A stretch of 64,000 nt of DNA from NCBI GenBank assembly GCA_963674735.2, contig CAXXQS010000002.1:1600001-1664000 (forward strand), read 5' to 3'. The stretch's first letter is position 1. Every line of letters begins with the position of its first letter. The position numbers were made by a program, and so were the translations under genes. The notes under the pieces are model-generated. The model made no database searches. It worked only from the letters and a program-made list of their open reading frames with translations, and had not been told where the DNA came from. Positions 1 to 9,773 of the stretch are shown here, piece by piece. The stretch is from Myxococcota bacterium (GTDB lineage Bacteria; Myxococcota_A; SURF-8).

Positions 1-594
1 GCCCTGGACGAGGCTCGGACTCGGCTGGAGCGGGAACGGGCTGAGCTTTCCGAGTCGCAACGCAGCGACGGCCGCCTGGAAATCGAAGGCTTGGAACGTC
101 GCCTGCACGAGATGGAACGCGAGCGCGATAAGTCGGCGCGGCGTATTACGTCGTTGGAGGCCGAGCAATTCGAGTCGGCCGCACGCGAGGTGGCGCTCGA
201 TCGGCGGCGCATACAATTGGAAATCCGTGTGCGTGAATTGGAACGCGACGCGGAGGCGGTGAAGAATGCGGCCAACGATGAACGGAAAACCGAACAGCAT
301 CCCGAAATACTGCGTTTGCGGCGTGAAATGGAAGAAAACGAGGCGCGTCTCGGTTTAACCGAAGACGAGCTCGACCGCACGCGCGTATTGTTGGAAACCG
401 TGCAGCATCAGCTTGCCGAAGCGTTGCTTGTGCGCGCCGAGCGGGAAGGCGAGAAGGCCGGGCTCATGCATCGGCTGGCCAGCTTGGATGACGCGCTGCA
501 GGCCCGCGAACATGAAGTGCGCCGCATGCGGATACTCTTGGACCGCAACCCGATGGAGACCGATGTCGAATCCGAAGCCCCCCAACTCGACTGA
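1..594 (+). CDS. Coiled-coil protein, 5'-truncated by window edge
   Basis: Frame open from base 1 to TGA at 592-594; E/R/L-rich heptad pattern. Confidence 0.7.
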   Translation, partial: ALDEARTRLERERAELSESQRSDGRLEIEGLERRLHEMERERDKSARRITSLEAEQFESAAREVALDRRRIQLEIRVRELERDAEAVKNAANDERKTEQHPEILRLRREMEENEARLGLTEDELDRTRVLLETVQHQLAEALLVRAEREGEKAGLMHRLASLDDALQAREHEVRRMRILLDRNPMETDVESEAPQLD

Positions 595-1366
595 ACGAGA
601 CGCGTTTTCCGGACGGACTTCGCGTCGAGGGTTTCTGACGACGTCGCTTCTGGCGTCGCTGGCTGCGTTGTGGCCCGGAAGCCTCTCGGCTTTTGGCGGA
701 CCGACGATCTTCGAATGGCCTTCGCTGCGTTACGCGGGCCCCTGGGAACGACGTCAGGGAGCCCAGGGACGCCTGGCCTGGGAACTGATGAAGCGTACCA
801 GTATCGAGGCCAAGCTGGAGCATGGCGCGGTGGACGCAGGTGACCCGGCGCTGTTTGACACGCCGGTTTTGTATTGGTCGGGTGACGCGGCCTTCGATCC
901 CCTGCCGGAGGAGGTCATTGCCAACCTGCGGCGATTCTGTCTGTTTGGTGGTTTCATCTTCGTCGACGGCAACCTGGAGGCGGGCGACGGCTTCGATAAG
1001 AGCCTGCGCCGCGAGATGGCGCGCTTGTTCCCCGATCTGGCGTTTGAAACCCTGCCGCCCGAACACACCCTGTTCAAATCGTTTTACCTGCTCGACGGCC
1101 GTTGGGGACGCGTGCAGCGGCGCAGTTTCGTCGAAGGTATTACACGCGACAATCGTACCATGCTGGTCTATTCGCAAAACGATGTGGGCGGGGCCTGGAT
1201 GCGTGACAATTTCGGCAATTGGCGATTTCCGGTGATCCCCGGTGGGGAACGCCAGCGCGAAATGGCCTTTCGTTTCGGCGTCAATCTCATCATGTACGCC
1301 CTGTGCACCAATTATAAAAACGACCAGGTGCACATTCCCTTTATCCTCAAGCGCAGGCGCCGATGA
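563..1366 (+). CDS. DUF4159-family protein with Tat signal peptide
   Basis: ATG at 563; SRRGFL twin-arginine motif plus hydrophobic stretch; family-like motifs GGFIFVD, LPPEHTLFKSFY, FGVNLIMYALC. Confidence 0.8.
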   Translation: MSNPKPPNSTERDAFSGRTSRRGFLTTSLLASLAALWPGSLSAFGGPTIFEWPSLRYAGPWERRQGAQGRLAWELMKRTSIEAKLEHGAVDAGDPALFDTPVLYWSGDAAFDPLPEEVIANLRRFCLFGGFIFVDGNLEAGDGFDKSLRREMARLFPDLAFETLPPEHTLFKSFYLLDGRWGRVQRRSFVEGITRDNRTMLVYSQNDVGGAWMRDNFGNWRFPVIPGGERQREMAFRFGVNLIMYALCTNYKNDQVHIPFILKRRRR

Positions 1367-3651
1367 TCGAGTGGTGGTTCGGCAAAGAATGGGCGGGGGA
1401 GTTCAATCACTGGACGTTCGTGTGGTTGAACCGGCCTGCCATGATCGAGTGGGTGCTCGCCGTGCTCGTGGCGGTGGCGTTCGTCGTCTTGTCGTGGATG
1501 AGCATGCGGCGCTTGGCGGTGCGTCCGTTGCGCTGGACCTTGCTCGGTTTGCGAATTCTGTTTCTGCTGGGGATCGTGGCGTTGTGGTGGCAACCGGCCA
1601 TCCAGTTGCAGAAGGTGGTGTACAAAAAAAGCCACGCAGCCGTCGTGGCCGACCAATCGCGCTCCATGTCGCTCAAGGCCGGAAACGGTCGGACGCGCGC
1701 CGAGAGCCTGCGCAACTGGTTTGATGAAAACGCGAATATCGTGACGGGCTTGAAAGAGCGTCACCATCTGCGCGCGTTTCGTTTCGATGAGGTTCCCCAT
1801 GCCGTACCGGTGGCCGACCTGGCCGAAAAGGCTCCGGATCGGGGGCGTTTCACCAACCTGGCCGACGCGTTGGAAGGGGCCTTGGAGGGGGTGAATGAAG
1901 ACGAGACGGCCGGAATGTGGCTTTTTTCCGATGGGGTGGCCAATCCCAGCGAGGAGGCTGCGGATCTCGATGTCGTTTTGGAAAAGCTTAAAAGTCACGG
2001 CGTGATCGTCCATACCATCGGAGTGGGCGGCGAGGGGGCGGTGGCCGACATCGCCATTCGCGACGTGCGCTACGACGGCTTCGCGTTCGTTCACAACAAA
2101 CTGACCATCGAGGCGTCGATCAGCTCGCGCGGGATTCCCGAGCGCCCGGTGCAGGTGAGCTTGTCGCGTGAGGGACAGCCGGTGGCGACGCAACAGGCCG
2201 TTCTGCCCGCCGAGGGAACGGCGGTGGTTTCGTTCACGTTTACTCCCACGCGGGTGGGACGCTTCGTGTACTCGGTCGAAGTGCCGCCCGCGCCCGACGA
2301 CGCCATCGCAGCCAACAACCGGCGTGACTTCATCATCGATGTCATCCGCGACAAGATTCGCGTACTGCATGTTTGCGGCCATCCCGATTACGACGAGATG
2401 TTTTTGCGGCGTTACCTGAAAAACAATCCGAACGTCGATCTCATCAGTTTTTTTATTCTGCGCACCAACAGCGACCTGCAGCTGGTCTCCGAGCGCGAGC
2501 TGTCGCTGATCCCGTTTCCCACGGATGAACTGTTCGACAAACAGCTGCACACCTTCGATCTGATCGTCTTCCAGAATTTCACCTATCGCGGCTACCAGAT
2601 GCGGCAGTACCTCTCCAACATCCGCCGCTACGTGCTGGAGGGCGGGGCGTTTCTGGTGGTGGGCGGCGATTTGAGCTACAGCTTGGGCGGATACGGCGGA
2701 ACGGAAATCGAAGACATCCTGCCGTTCGATATCGTGACCGCCAGTCCCGAATTCGATGCCGCCCCGTTCACGCTTGCCCTCACCGAAGCGGGTCGCCGCC
2801 ACCCGGTGATGCAGGCCTTTGCCGATACGGACAAACCGCGCGATCTGCTGGGGCTTAACCTGGGCCTGATCCCGCGTCCCGGTTCTCTGGTTCTGGCCGA
2901 ACATCCCACGCGACGCACGGCGGCCGGAGCGGCTCCGGTGGCGGCCGTGATCGAACCCGGCAAAGGGCGCGTCTTGGCCTTGAGCGTCGATTCCACCTGG
3001 CGCTGGCATTTCGGCGACGTGGCGCAGGGCGGCGAGGGGGCGCTGTACAACGGGTTCTACGGGAACGCCTTGCGCTGGCTGATTCGCGATCCCGAATTGC
3101 GGCACCTGAGTGTTCGCAGCGACCGCGATACGCTGCCGCCGGGCGAGAAAGCGCGCCTGGATCTGCGCGTTACCGATGAGGCCTTCAAACCCAAGCCGGG
3201 AGCGCAGGTGGCGGTTCGTATCAGCCGCCGCGACGACGGCCTGCGCCTGCACGAGGAAACCCTGCGCACGGATGACGACGGGGTGGCGGTGGTCGGCTTC
3301 GATGCGCCGGAAGAGGCCGGTCCGTTAATGGTGGAGTTGGAGCAGCTTCGCTCGGACGGCACGCCGGGCGAGAAACAGACGCTGCTGCTCTTCGTGGGCG
3401 ATACCGGAAAAGAACTCGATGACGTGCAGGTGGATTTCGCGCGTTTGCGCAACATCGCCGAAACCACCGGCGGCCTTTTCACCCCGCTCGATCAACTGGG
3501 CGGTGAGTTGCCCGCTTTCGAGCGTCAGCAGGTCATGCGCGTGGGCAAGAAGCGCGACGTCCCCCTGTGGGACCACGCGGGCGTCCTGGTGCTGCTGGTC
3601 CTTCTGATTGTCGTAGAGTGGTGGTGGCGCAAGCGGCGAAGGCTGAATTAA
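1363..3651 (+). CDS. Membrane-anchored VWA / Ig-like / glutamine-amidotransferase-like protein
   Basis: N-terminal TM helices, MIDAS-like DQSRSMS and FSDG, YVLEGGAFLVVGG GATase-like segment, C-terminal EWWWRKR; ATGA overlap with DUF4159 gene. Confidence 0.75.
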   Translation: MIEWWFGKEWAGEFNHWTFVWLNRPAMIEWVLAVLVAVAFVVLSWMSMRRLAVRPLRWTLLGLRILFLLGIVALWWQPAIQLQKVVYKKSHAAVVADQSRSMSLKAGNGRTRAESLRNWFDENANIVTGLKERHHLRAFRFDEVPHAVPVADLAEKAPDRGRFTNLADALEGALEGVNEDETAGMWLFSDGVANPSEEAADLDVVLEKLKSHGVIVHTIGVGGEGAVADIAIRDVRYDGFAFVHNKLTIEASISSRGIPERPVQVSLSREGQPVATQQAVLPAEGTAVVSFTFTPTRVGRFVYSVEVPPAPDDAIAANNRRDFIIDVIRDKIRVLHVCGHPDYDEMFLRRYLKNNPNVDLISFFILRTNSDLQLVSERELSLIPFPTDELFDKQLHTFDLIVFQNFTYRGYQMRQYLSNIRRYVLEGGAFLVVGGDLSYSLGGYGGTEIEDILPFDIVTASPEFDAAPFTLALTEAGRRHPVMQAFADTDKPRDLLGLNLGLIPRPGSLVLAEHPTRRTAAGAAPVAAVIEPGKGRVLALSVDSTWRWHFGDVAQGGEGALYNGFYGNALRWLIRDPELRHLSVRSDRDTLPPGEKARLDLRVTDEAFKPKPGAQVAVRISRRDDGLRLHEETLRTDDDGVAVVGFDAPEEAGPLMVELEQLRSDGTPGEKQTLLLFVGDTGKELDDVQVDFARLRNIAETTGGLFTPLDQLGGELPAFERQQVMRVGKKRDVPLWDHAGVLVLLVLLIVVEWWWRKRRRLN

Positions 3652-3682
3652 TCTCACGCCAAGTCAAGTCTGCAAACGAAAT

Positions 3683-3710
3683 CCGCCCGCCTCGATAACG
3701 AAGCGGGCGG
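3683..3710. terminator. Hairpin between convergent genes
   Basis: CCGCCCGC...GCGGGCGG inverted repeat between stops at 3651 and 3734. Confidence 0.55.
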
Positions 3711-3733
3711 TGGTGTTTGTAACGAACGGCGGC

Positions 3734-4759
3734 TCAACCGGCGATGGTCATGACCGTCTTCTGGAAAGTCTCCAGCGGCGCGCCGGTGAGAATTTCGAAG
3801 ATGCGCAGATAGCGCCGGGTGGTTTCGCTCAGCACGTCCGCAGGAATGGATAGCCCGTGCACGAAGGCCAGATGCTGCGCGTCTTCGGTATCGAGCTTGT
3901 GAATACCCGTAATCGCGGCACCGTCGGCTTTAAACGGTGTTTCGACCGTCTTGCCCCACTCGCGCACCGGCTGTTTGTCGTAACCCGACGGCGATTGGCG
4001 GTCTTTGACGGCCGCCTCCCACTCGTCGCGATCCCAGAAACGCGAGCTGTCGGGCGTACCCACTTCATCGCCCAAAATGCCGCCTTCGCCGAACTCGAAT
4101 TTGGTATCGGCCAGGATGATCCCGTGTTCGGCGGCGTAGTCGGCCAGCTGGGTATAGACCTTCAGGGTTAGCGTCTCCAGCCAGTCGCCGTGCTCGGCGC
4201 GCACCGATTCGGCGCTGATGTGTTCGTCGTGCCCAACCTCCGCCTTGGTGGTGGGAGTGAACAGCGCGGTGGGCAGCTTGACGCCGTCGTGCAGGTTTTC
4301 GGGAAGCGCGTGTCCGCAGACTTCCTGCGTTTTTTTGTAGGCGCTCCAACCCGAGCCGGTGAGATAACCGCGCACCACGCATTCCACCGGGGCCATGTCG
4401 AGCTTTTTCACGACCATGGCGCGCGTTTGCAGATCGGCATCGCCGTGCAGGCTTTCGGGTAAATAGGCATCGATGCCTGACCCCTGCGCCAGCAGATGAT
4501 GCTCCACGCCTTTCAACACCTTCGTAAGCCAGAAAACGGTGAGGGCGGTGAGGACCGCGCCTTTATCGGGCACCTCGGCGGGCAACACGAAATCGAAGAT
4601 GCTCAGACGATCGGTGGCGATCAGAAACAGTTTGTCGGAATGGGCGGGCAGGCGATAGGTGTCGCGTACTTTGCCCTGGTGTACTCGCTCGATACCGGCG
4701 GCGGCGAGACGGCGGTGCAAATCGGAATCGGTGAAAAGACTCGGTAACTGGGCTCCCAT
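3734..4759 (-). CDS. purC: SAICAR synthetase
   Basis: GKVRDTY, TDRLSIFD, ECVVRGYLTGS, ILADTKFEFG, DEVGTPDSSRFW, DKQPVR motifs. Confidence 0.95.
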   Translation of the reverse strand: MGAQLPSLFTDSDLHRRLAAAGIERVHQGKVRDTYRLPAHSDKLFLIATDRLSIFDFVLPAEVPDKGAVLTALTVFWLTKVLKGVEHHLLAQGSGIDAYLPESLHGDADLQTRAMVVKKLDMAPVECVVRGYLTGSGWSAYKKTQEVCGHALPENLHDGVKLPTALFTPTTKAEVGHDEHISAESVRAEHGDWLETLTLKVYTQLADYAAEHGIILADTKFEFGEGGILGDEVGTPDSSRFWDRDEWEAAVKDRQSPSGYDKQPVREWGKTVETPFKADGAAITGIHKLDTEDAQHLAFVHGLSIPADVLSETTRRYLRIFEILTGAPLETFQKTVMTIAG

Positions 4760-4827
4760 GGATCACTCCTTATGTCGTGCGATTCCCTCGATCGGCGAGG
4801 GTCTTCTGTTGGATGGGTCCGGGTATA

Positions 4828-6825
4828 CTAGAATTCCCAGCTGATGTCCAGATCCGCTTTTAAATCCCATACCGATTCCAGGTTGGGGAAATATCGGTAG
4901 ACCGACGGTTGCAGCGTTTTGCGTATGCCGAACTGGAAAGCCAGAAGTTGGATGGGACGCAGTCGCGCCAGGGCGATCAGCATGGTGTTGTCCGATGTGG
5001 GATCGAACACATTCTTGGCCGAGTTGACGTTCACCTTGTAGTAGGTGGCCGCGATCTGGAAATATTTGGTGGCCGGAACCTCGACGTGGAACAGGAAGTT
5101 GCCGTTGTCGGAGCCGGAGGCTTCGTCGAAGGCGATGGTCAGGCCGACGTAGTCGAGCAGGGCGTAACTGAATTCCAGATAAGCCCCGAAATGTTTCCAG
5201 TCGCCGGGACGATTGGAAAATTCGGTGTACTTGGTTTTGATGTCGGTGGCCGTGGCCGTTTTGCTCGTGGCCGGGCGGCTTTGTGAGAACCACTTGTATT
5301 TCATGATCTCATAGAAGGGATCGAAGTAGCTGGGGGTGTAGTTGTCCTGATAGCCGCGAAACTCGACGCGGGCGCGGAAGGCCTGGCGGATTTCGGTGTA
5401 GAGGTTGAACCGCCCCAATGCTCCCAGGGCGAAGCCGCTGCCGTTGCCGACCCAGTTGGTGAAGTCGAAGTAGGTTTTGACATCCACCTCGGGCCGATTG
5501 ACGGGCCATTTCACGACCTTGAGTTCGACGTCGGCTCCCACGAAATGGGCTGCCGCGGAATCGTAGATGTAGCTGCCGTCGTCGTTGGCGCGATTGGCCA
5601 GGACCGATTCCGGCGCGTCCCAGTCGGTGGTGTAGTGCACGCCGAAGGAGAGGCTTTCGGCCATCCAATTGTCGGAGAAAAAGGAACCGGGCTTGAGGAA
5701 CAGCAGCCCGCCGATCAGGTTATAGCGTGTGATATCGCCGATGTACAATTCGCCGCCGCCGTAGCGCGAGTAGGCGTCCACTTCGGCCGAAACGCGCGTG
5801 GTGAAGTAGTCGAGATTGGGGATGTAGCGTTTCATCACCAAGCCGTGGCCCACGGAGGCCGAATAGGTGCGATTGATGTTGACGTACAGGTTGTCTTCCT
5901 TGCGGCCATACTGGATATAGCGGATAAGCTGGAAGTAATCGCGCCAGGAATCCCAGTCTTCCTTACGCGGAATTCCGGCATTGTCCCATTTGTCGATGTT
6001 TTCGTCGTTGTTGCGATCTTCACCGGCGAAAATCTCCAGGTTGAGCGGAATGCCGAAACCCAGGCGCAAATTGGATTCCTTGGTGACATCATCGGGGAAG
6101 AAGCGGAGATCCACCTGGGGTTCCACGTGGACATAATGGGTGAAGGCCAGCCGCCGGTAGCCGGTGACCACGCCCACCCGGTTGTCGCGCGGGATGATTT
6201 CCAGCGGACCGATGGTGGTGAGGTTTCCCTTGTAGAAACGTTCTTCCTTCGCTTTGCGTTGCTCGGCGGTTTCATAACCGGGCCGGGGGATGTCGGGTAC
6301 GACGATGGGCTTGGGTTTGGGGCGCATCTGCTTGAGCAGGCGGGCCATGCCGCTTTCGAGGGCGGCGGCCAGCGGTTGCCCCTTTTCGAGAGACTGGCGG
6401 TCGTCGGCGACCTTGCGTTTTTCGCGGGTATGGATCAGCGTCAGGTTGATTTTTGTGTTGCCGTTTACCCGGATGATGCTGCCCGATACCACGTAGCGGA
6501 CGCCCATCTTCGCGCCCGCGCGGGCGGTGCACTCGACCGAAACACATTGGGTGTAGTCGGCGCCTTCGGCTGATTTCAAGAACTTATCGGTTTCGGCCAT
6601 CGAAACGCCGCGATGTCCGGCGGTATTGATGGCGGCGATCATGTCGTTTTCGACGGCGTAATCTTTGCTTTCGCCGTTCAGACCGGTGGTGGTGACATGC
6701 AGAACAGCCACCAATTCTTTTTTCGGGGGAACGGCCTCTTCATTTTCGGCGGCGCAGAGCAGGGACGCCCAGGCGAAAACGGCGACGACAAGCATCCACA
6801 CAAAACGGCGTGAACGACGCGGCAT
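4828..6825 (-). CDS. Secreted/outer-membrane protein: N-terminal CsgG/TolB-N-like domain plus probable beta-barrel
   Basis: Signal peptide; GVRYVVSGSI...INLTLI motif; Pro-rich linker; amphipathic strands ending in DISWEF. Confidence 0.55.
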   Translation of the reverse strand: MPRRSRRFVWMLVVAVFAWASLLCAAENEEAVPPKKELVAVLHVTTTGLNGESKDYAVENDMIAAINTAGHRGVSMAETDKFLKSAEGADYTQCVSVECTARAGAKMGVRYVVSGSIIRVNGNTKINLTLIHTREKRKVADDRQSLEKGQPLAAALESGMARLLKQMRPKPKPIVVPDIPRPGYETAEQRKAKEERFYKGNLTTIGPLEIIPRDNRVGVVTGYRRLAFTHYVHVEPQVDLRFFPDDVTKESNLRLGFGIPLNLEIFAGEDRNNDENIDKWDNAGIPRKEDWDSWRDYFQLIRYIQYGRKEDNLYVNINRTYSASVGHGLVMKRYIPNLDYFTTRVSAEVDAYSRYGGGELYIGDITRYNLIGGLLFLKPGSFFSDNWMAESLSFGVHYTTDWDAPESVLANRANDDGSYIYDSAAAHFVGADVELKVVKWPVNRPEVDVKTYFDFTNWVGNGSGFALGALGRFNLYTEIRQAFRARVEFRGYQDNYTPSYFDPFYEIMKYKWFSQSRPATSKTATATDIKTKYTEFSNRPGDWKHFGAYLEFSYALLDYVGLTIAFDEASGSDNGNFLFHVEVPATKYFQIAATYYKVNVNSAKNVFDPTSDNTMLIALARLRPIQLLAFQFGIRKTLQPSVYRYFPNLESVWDLKADLDISWEF

Positions 6826-6985
6826 GGGTTCACCTCTCCCGTGAAGGTCTCATGACATCGCCCTTTTATACCATAGTGAGGGGAGGTCTGGCCATGAAAA
6901 AGCCGAAACGATCCGCTGGGGGTACCGATTACCTGTATGAAGGGTTCCAATAATTATTATCTATTATCCATACAGGAAAGGCGAC

Positions 6986-7014
6986 TTGACAATTTCTTGC
7001 TTTCAAGGTACGTT
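6986..7014 (+). promoter_or_regulatory. sigma70-type promoter of nuo operon
   Basis: TTGACA-17 bp-TACGTT in AT-rich intergenic region. Confidence 0.6.
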
Positions 7015-7099
7015 TCCTTTTAAGAAAATCGAGCTTATTGTGTCTTAAAGTGTCTGTTTTTACTAAGTTAATCTAGTTTCATCATACCAAGCTTGGAGA

Positions 7100-7462
7100 G
7101 TGGCCGTGTCGACCGAATACCTCCCCGTTCTGGTGTTGATGCTGGTAGCCGCCGGAATCGGTGGCGCGATGTGGCTCTTTGCCAGCATTTTCGGACCTAA
7201 ACATTCGTCGTCCGTCAAGGATGCGCCGTTTGAGTGCGGCAATCCATCCTTCGGCACCCAGGGGCGGCGCTTTAGCGTGAAGTTCTTCATTGTCGCCATT
7301 CTCTTTCTGGTGTTCGACCTGGAAGTGGTGTTTCTGTATCCCTGGAGCGTCCTGTTTCGCTCCTTGGGCTGGTACGGACTGGGCGTGATTCTGCCGTTCC
7401 TCCTCATTCTGACACTCGGGCTGGTTTACGAGTGGCGCAAAGGAGCTCTCGAATGGGAATAG
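7100..7462 (+). CDS. nuoA: NADH-quinone oxidoreductase subunit A
   Basis: PFECG, FDLEVVFLYPW, YEWRKGALEW; GTG start after GGAG. Confidence 0.95.
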   Translation: MAVSTEYLPVLVLMLVAAGIGGAMWLFASIFGPKHSSSVKDAPFECGNPSFGTQGRRFSVKFFIVAILFLVFDLEVVFLYPWSVLFRSLGWYGLGVILPFLLILTLGLVYEWRKGALEWE

Positions 7463-7962
7463 AAAAGGCATTAGCCGGTAAAGAAGGCTTTCTCACCACC
7501 AAGCTGGAAGCGGTGCTGGGCTGGGCGCGTAAATATTCGCTCTTCCAGTACCCCTTCGTCACGGCCTGTTGCGGCATGGAATTCATGTCGGTGATGAACT
7601 CCCACTACGATCTGGCGCGCTTCGGGGCCGAGATTCCGCGTTTCACCCCGCGTCAGAGCGACCTTCTGTTTGTGGTGGGGACCATCAACCACAAGCTTTC
7701 CCCGACCTTATTGACGGTGTGGGAGCAGATGACCGACCCGAAGTGGTGCATCGCCTTCGGCGTTTGCGCTTCGACCGGCGGCGTGTACGACAACTATGCA
7801 GCCGTTCCGGGTATCGATCACATCATTCCGGTGGACGTTTACGTGGCGGGCTGCCCGCCGCGCCCCGAATCGGTGCTGAAGGGGCTGATGCGCTTGCAGG
7901 ATAAAATCCAGAATCGCAAGTTGATCGACGATTACCCCGAGCTGCGCGCCGACGCGCGATAA
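7453..7962 (+). CDS. nuoB: NADH-quinone oxidoreductase subunit B
   Basis: TACCGME, PRQSDL, GVCASTGG, GCPPRPE. Confidence 0.95.
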   Translation: MGIEKALAGKEGFLTTKLEAVLGWARKYSLFQYPFVTACCGMEFMSVMNSHYDLARFGAEIPRFTPRQSDLLFVVGTINHKLSPTLLTVWEQMTDPKWCIAFGVCASTGGVYDNYAAVPGIDHIIPVDVYVAGCPPRPESVLKGLMRLQDKIQNRKLIDDYPELRADAR

Positions 7963-7974
7963 GGAGTTCCGAGC

Positions 7975-8529
7975 ATGCTGGCGAAAGTGGTGGCGGAACT
8001 GGAAAAAACAGCCAAAGATGTGGTTTTAGGGCAGATCGAAGCGCCCGACGACGACTGCTTGATGATCGAGCGCAGCCGGATCAAAGCGGTCTGTCGCGTT
8101 TTGAAAGACAACCCCGCTTGCGATTTCAAGCTGTTGGTCGATCTCACCTGCGTGGACTGGCTGGGACAGGACGAGCGTTTCGAGGTGGTGTACCAGCTCT
8201 ATTCGATTACGCATAATTACCGCCTGCGCCTAAAAGCACGTGTGCCCGAAGGCGAAAGTATCGATACGGTATCGGATGTCTGGCGCGGCGCGCTGCATGT
8301 CGAGCGCGAGGTGTACGACATGTTCGGTGTCGATTTCGCCGGGCATCCCAAGCTGACCCGCATTCTGATGTACGACGAATTCGAGGGCCATGCTCTGCGC
8401 AAGGACTACCCGCTCAAGAAACACCAGCCGCGTGTTCCGCTACGCTGGCCGATTGAGCCGAAGGACGATCCGCCTTATAACTGGACCCGTTTCCAGCGCG
8501 CCCGCAAGCTGGGATTGGATGACGATTAA
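7975..8529 (+). CDS. nuoC: NADH-quinone oxidoreductase subunit C
   Basis: RFEVVYQL, EREVYDMFGV, GHPKLTRIL, LRKDYPL. Confidence 0.93.
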   Translation: MLAKVVAELEKTAKDVVLGQIEAPDDDCLMIERSRIKAVCRVLKDNPACDFKLLVDLTCVDWLGQDERFEVVYQLYSITHNYRLRLKARVPEGESIDTVSDVWRGALHVEREVYDMFGVDFAGHPKLTRILMYDEFEGHALRKDYPLKKHQPRVPLRWPIEPKDDPPYNWTRFQRARKLGLDDD

Positions 8530-8566
8530 TCGACGACTACCCGTAGCGTAGATTCGAGGTTACCCG

Positions 8567-9772
8567 ATGAGCGAACCGAGACAAGATCCGCAAGTCAAGC
8601 GTCTACCCGATGATGTGATGGACATCCAACTGGGACCGTCCCATCCGGCCATGCACGGCATCATCAAGCTCGACACCAAGCTGTCGGGTGAAACCGTGGT
8701 CGATATGGAAGTGAGCATGGGCTATCTGCACCGTGCCTTCGAGAAAATGTGCGAGCATCGCGATTGGAACCAGAACGTGGTGTTCACCGATCGGTTGAAC
8801 TACTGTTCGGCGGCGGCCAACAACTGCGCGTACATGTCGGCGGTGGAAAAGCTGGCCGGGATCGAACTGCCCGCGCGTGCGCAATGGATGCGCGTGATCG
8901 TCAGCGAATTGTCGCGCGTGGCCGACCACCTCACTTGCGTGGCGGCCTCCGTGATGGAGTTGGGCGGCTTGTCCGTGTACCTCTACCTGATCGAGGCGCG
9001 CGAAGAAATCTATATGATTTTCGACAAAATCTGCGGATCGCGTCTCACTCACTCGGTGGCGCGTGTGGGGGGAATGGCCTACGATTTATACGACGGCTTC
9101 GAGGACGACATCGAGCGTGTCTTCGCCCTGACCCGCAAATTCATGGATCAGGGCCATGTGATGCTGACGCGCAACCGCATCTTCTACGATCGCATGCGTG
9201 ACACGGGTACCGTCAGCGAAGCCGATGCCATCGATTTCGGTTTCACCGGGCCCGTACTGCGTTCCACCGGCTGTGCCTACGACATTCGCAAGGCCATGCC
9301 TTACTGGACTTACGACCAGGTCGAGTTCGACGTGCCCACCGGGGAGCGTGGCGATAATTACGACCGCTATCTCATCCGTATGGAAGAGATGGAGCAGGCG
9401 ATGCGCATCGTCGAACAGGCCATCGAGAAGATTCCCGAAGGCGATGTCTTTGTTCACGATTACAAGATTTTCGTCCCGCCCAAGAAGGAAACCTACAACC
9501 ACATCGAGGGCTTGATTCACCATTTCGAACTGGTGATGAACGGACCGCAGATCAAGGCGGGTGATGCCTATTTCGCCATTGAATCGCCTAACGGCGAGCA
9601 TGGCTATTATGTGGTGAGTGAAGGGGGCGGCATGCCCTACCGGGTGCGGGCACGACCCACCTGCATGCCCATGACCATGTTCTTCCCCGAAATGGTCAAG
9701 GGCAGTATGATCGCGGATATCATCCCGACCTTCGGGTCGATTAACATGATCGGCGGCGAGTTGGAGCGATAA
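8567..9772 (+). CDS. nuoD: NADH-quinone oxidoreductase subunit D
   Basis: GPSHPAMHG, GYLHRAFEK, DRLNY, ESPNGE, C-terminal GELER; no NiFe CxxC motifs. Confidence 0.93.
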   Translation: MSEPRQDPQVKRLPDDVMDIQLGPSHPAMHGIIKLDTKLSGETVVDMEVSMGYLHRAFEKMCEHRDWNQNVVFTDRLNYCSAAANNCAYMSAVEKLAGIELPARAQWMRVIVSELSRVADHLTCVAASVMELGGLSVYLYLIEAREEIYMIFDKICGSRLTHSVARVGGMAYDLYDGFEDDIERVFALTRKFMDQGHVMLTRNRIFYDRMRDTGTVSEADAIDFGFTGPVLRSTGCAYDIRKAMPYWTYDQVEFDVPTGERGDNYDRYLIRMEEMEQAMRIVEQAIEKIPEGDVFVHDYKIFVPPKKETYNHIEGLIHHFELVMNGPQIKAGDAYFAIESPNGEHGYYVVSEGGGMPYRVRARPTCMPMTMFFPEMVKGSMIADIIPTFGSINMIGGELER

Positions 9773-9773
9773 T

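Noticed and set aside
1312-3252. Long antisense/shadow ORFs (e.g. 1312-3252, 14445-15761, 24098-25780, 36052-37617)
   Set aside because: They lie opposite well-supported genes and show no motifs; expected from high-GC codon bias
8567-9772. Group 4 NiFe-hydrogenase large subunit
   Set aside because: Lacks both CxxC Ni-binding motifs; has NuoD signatures and a nuoA neighbour
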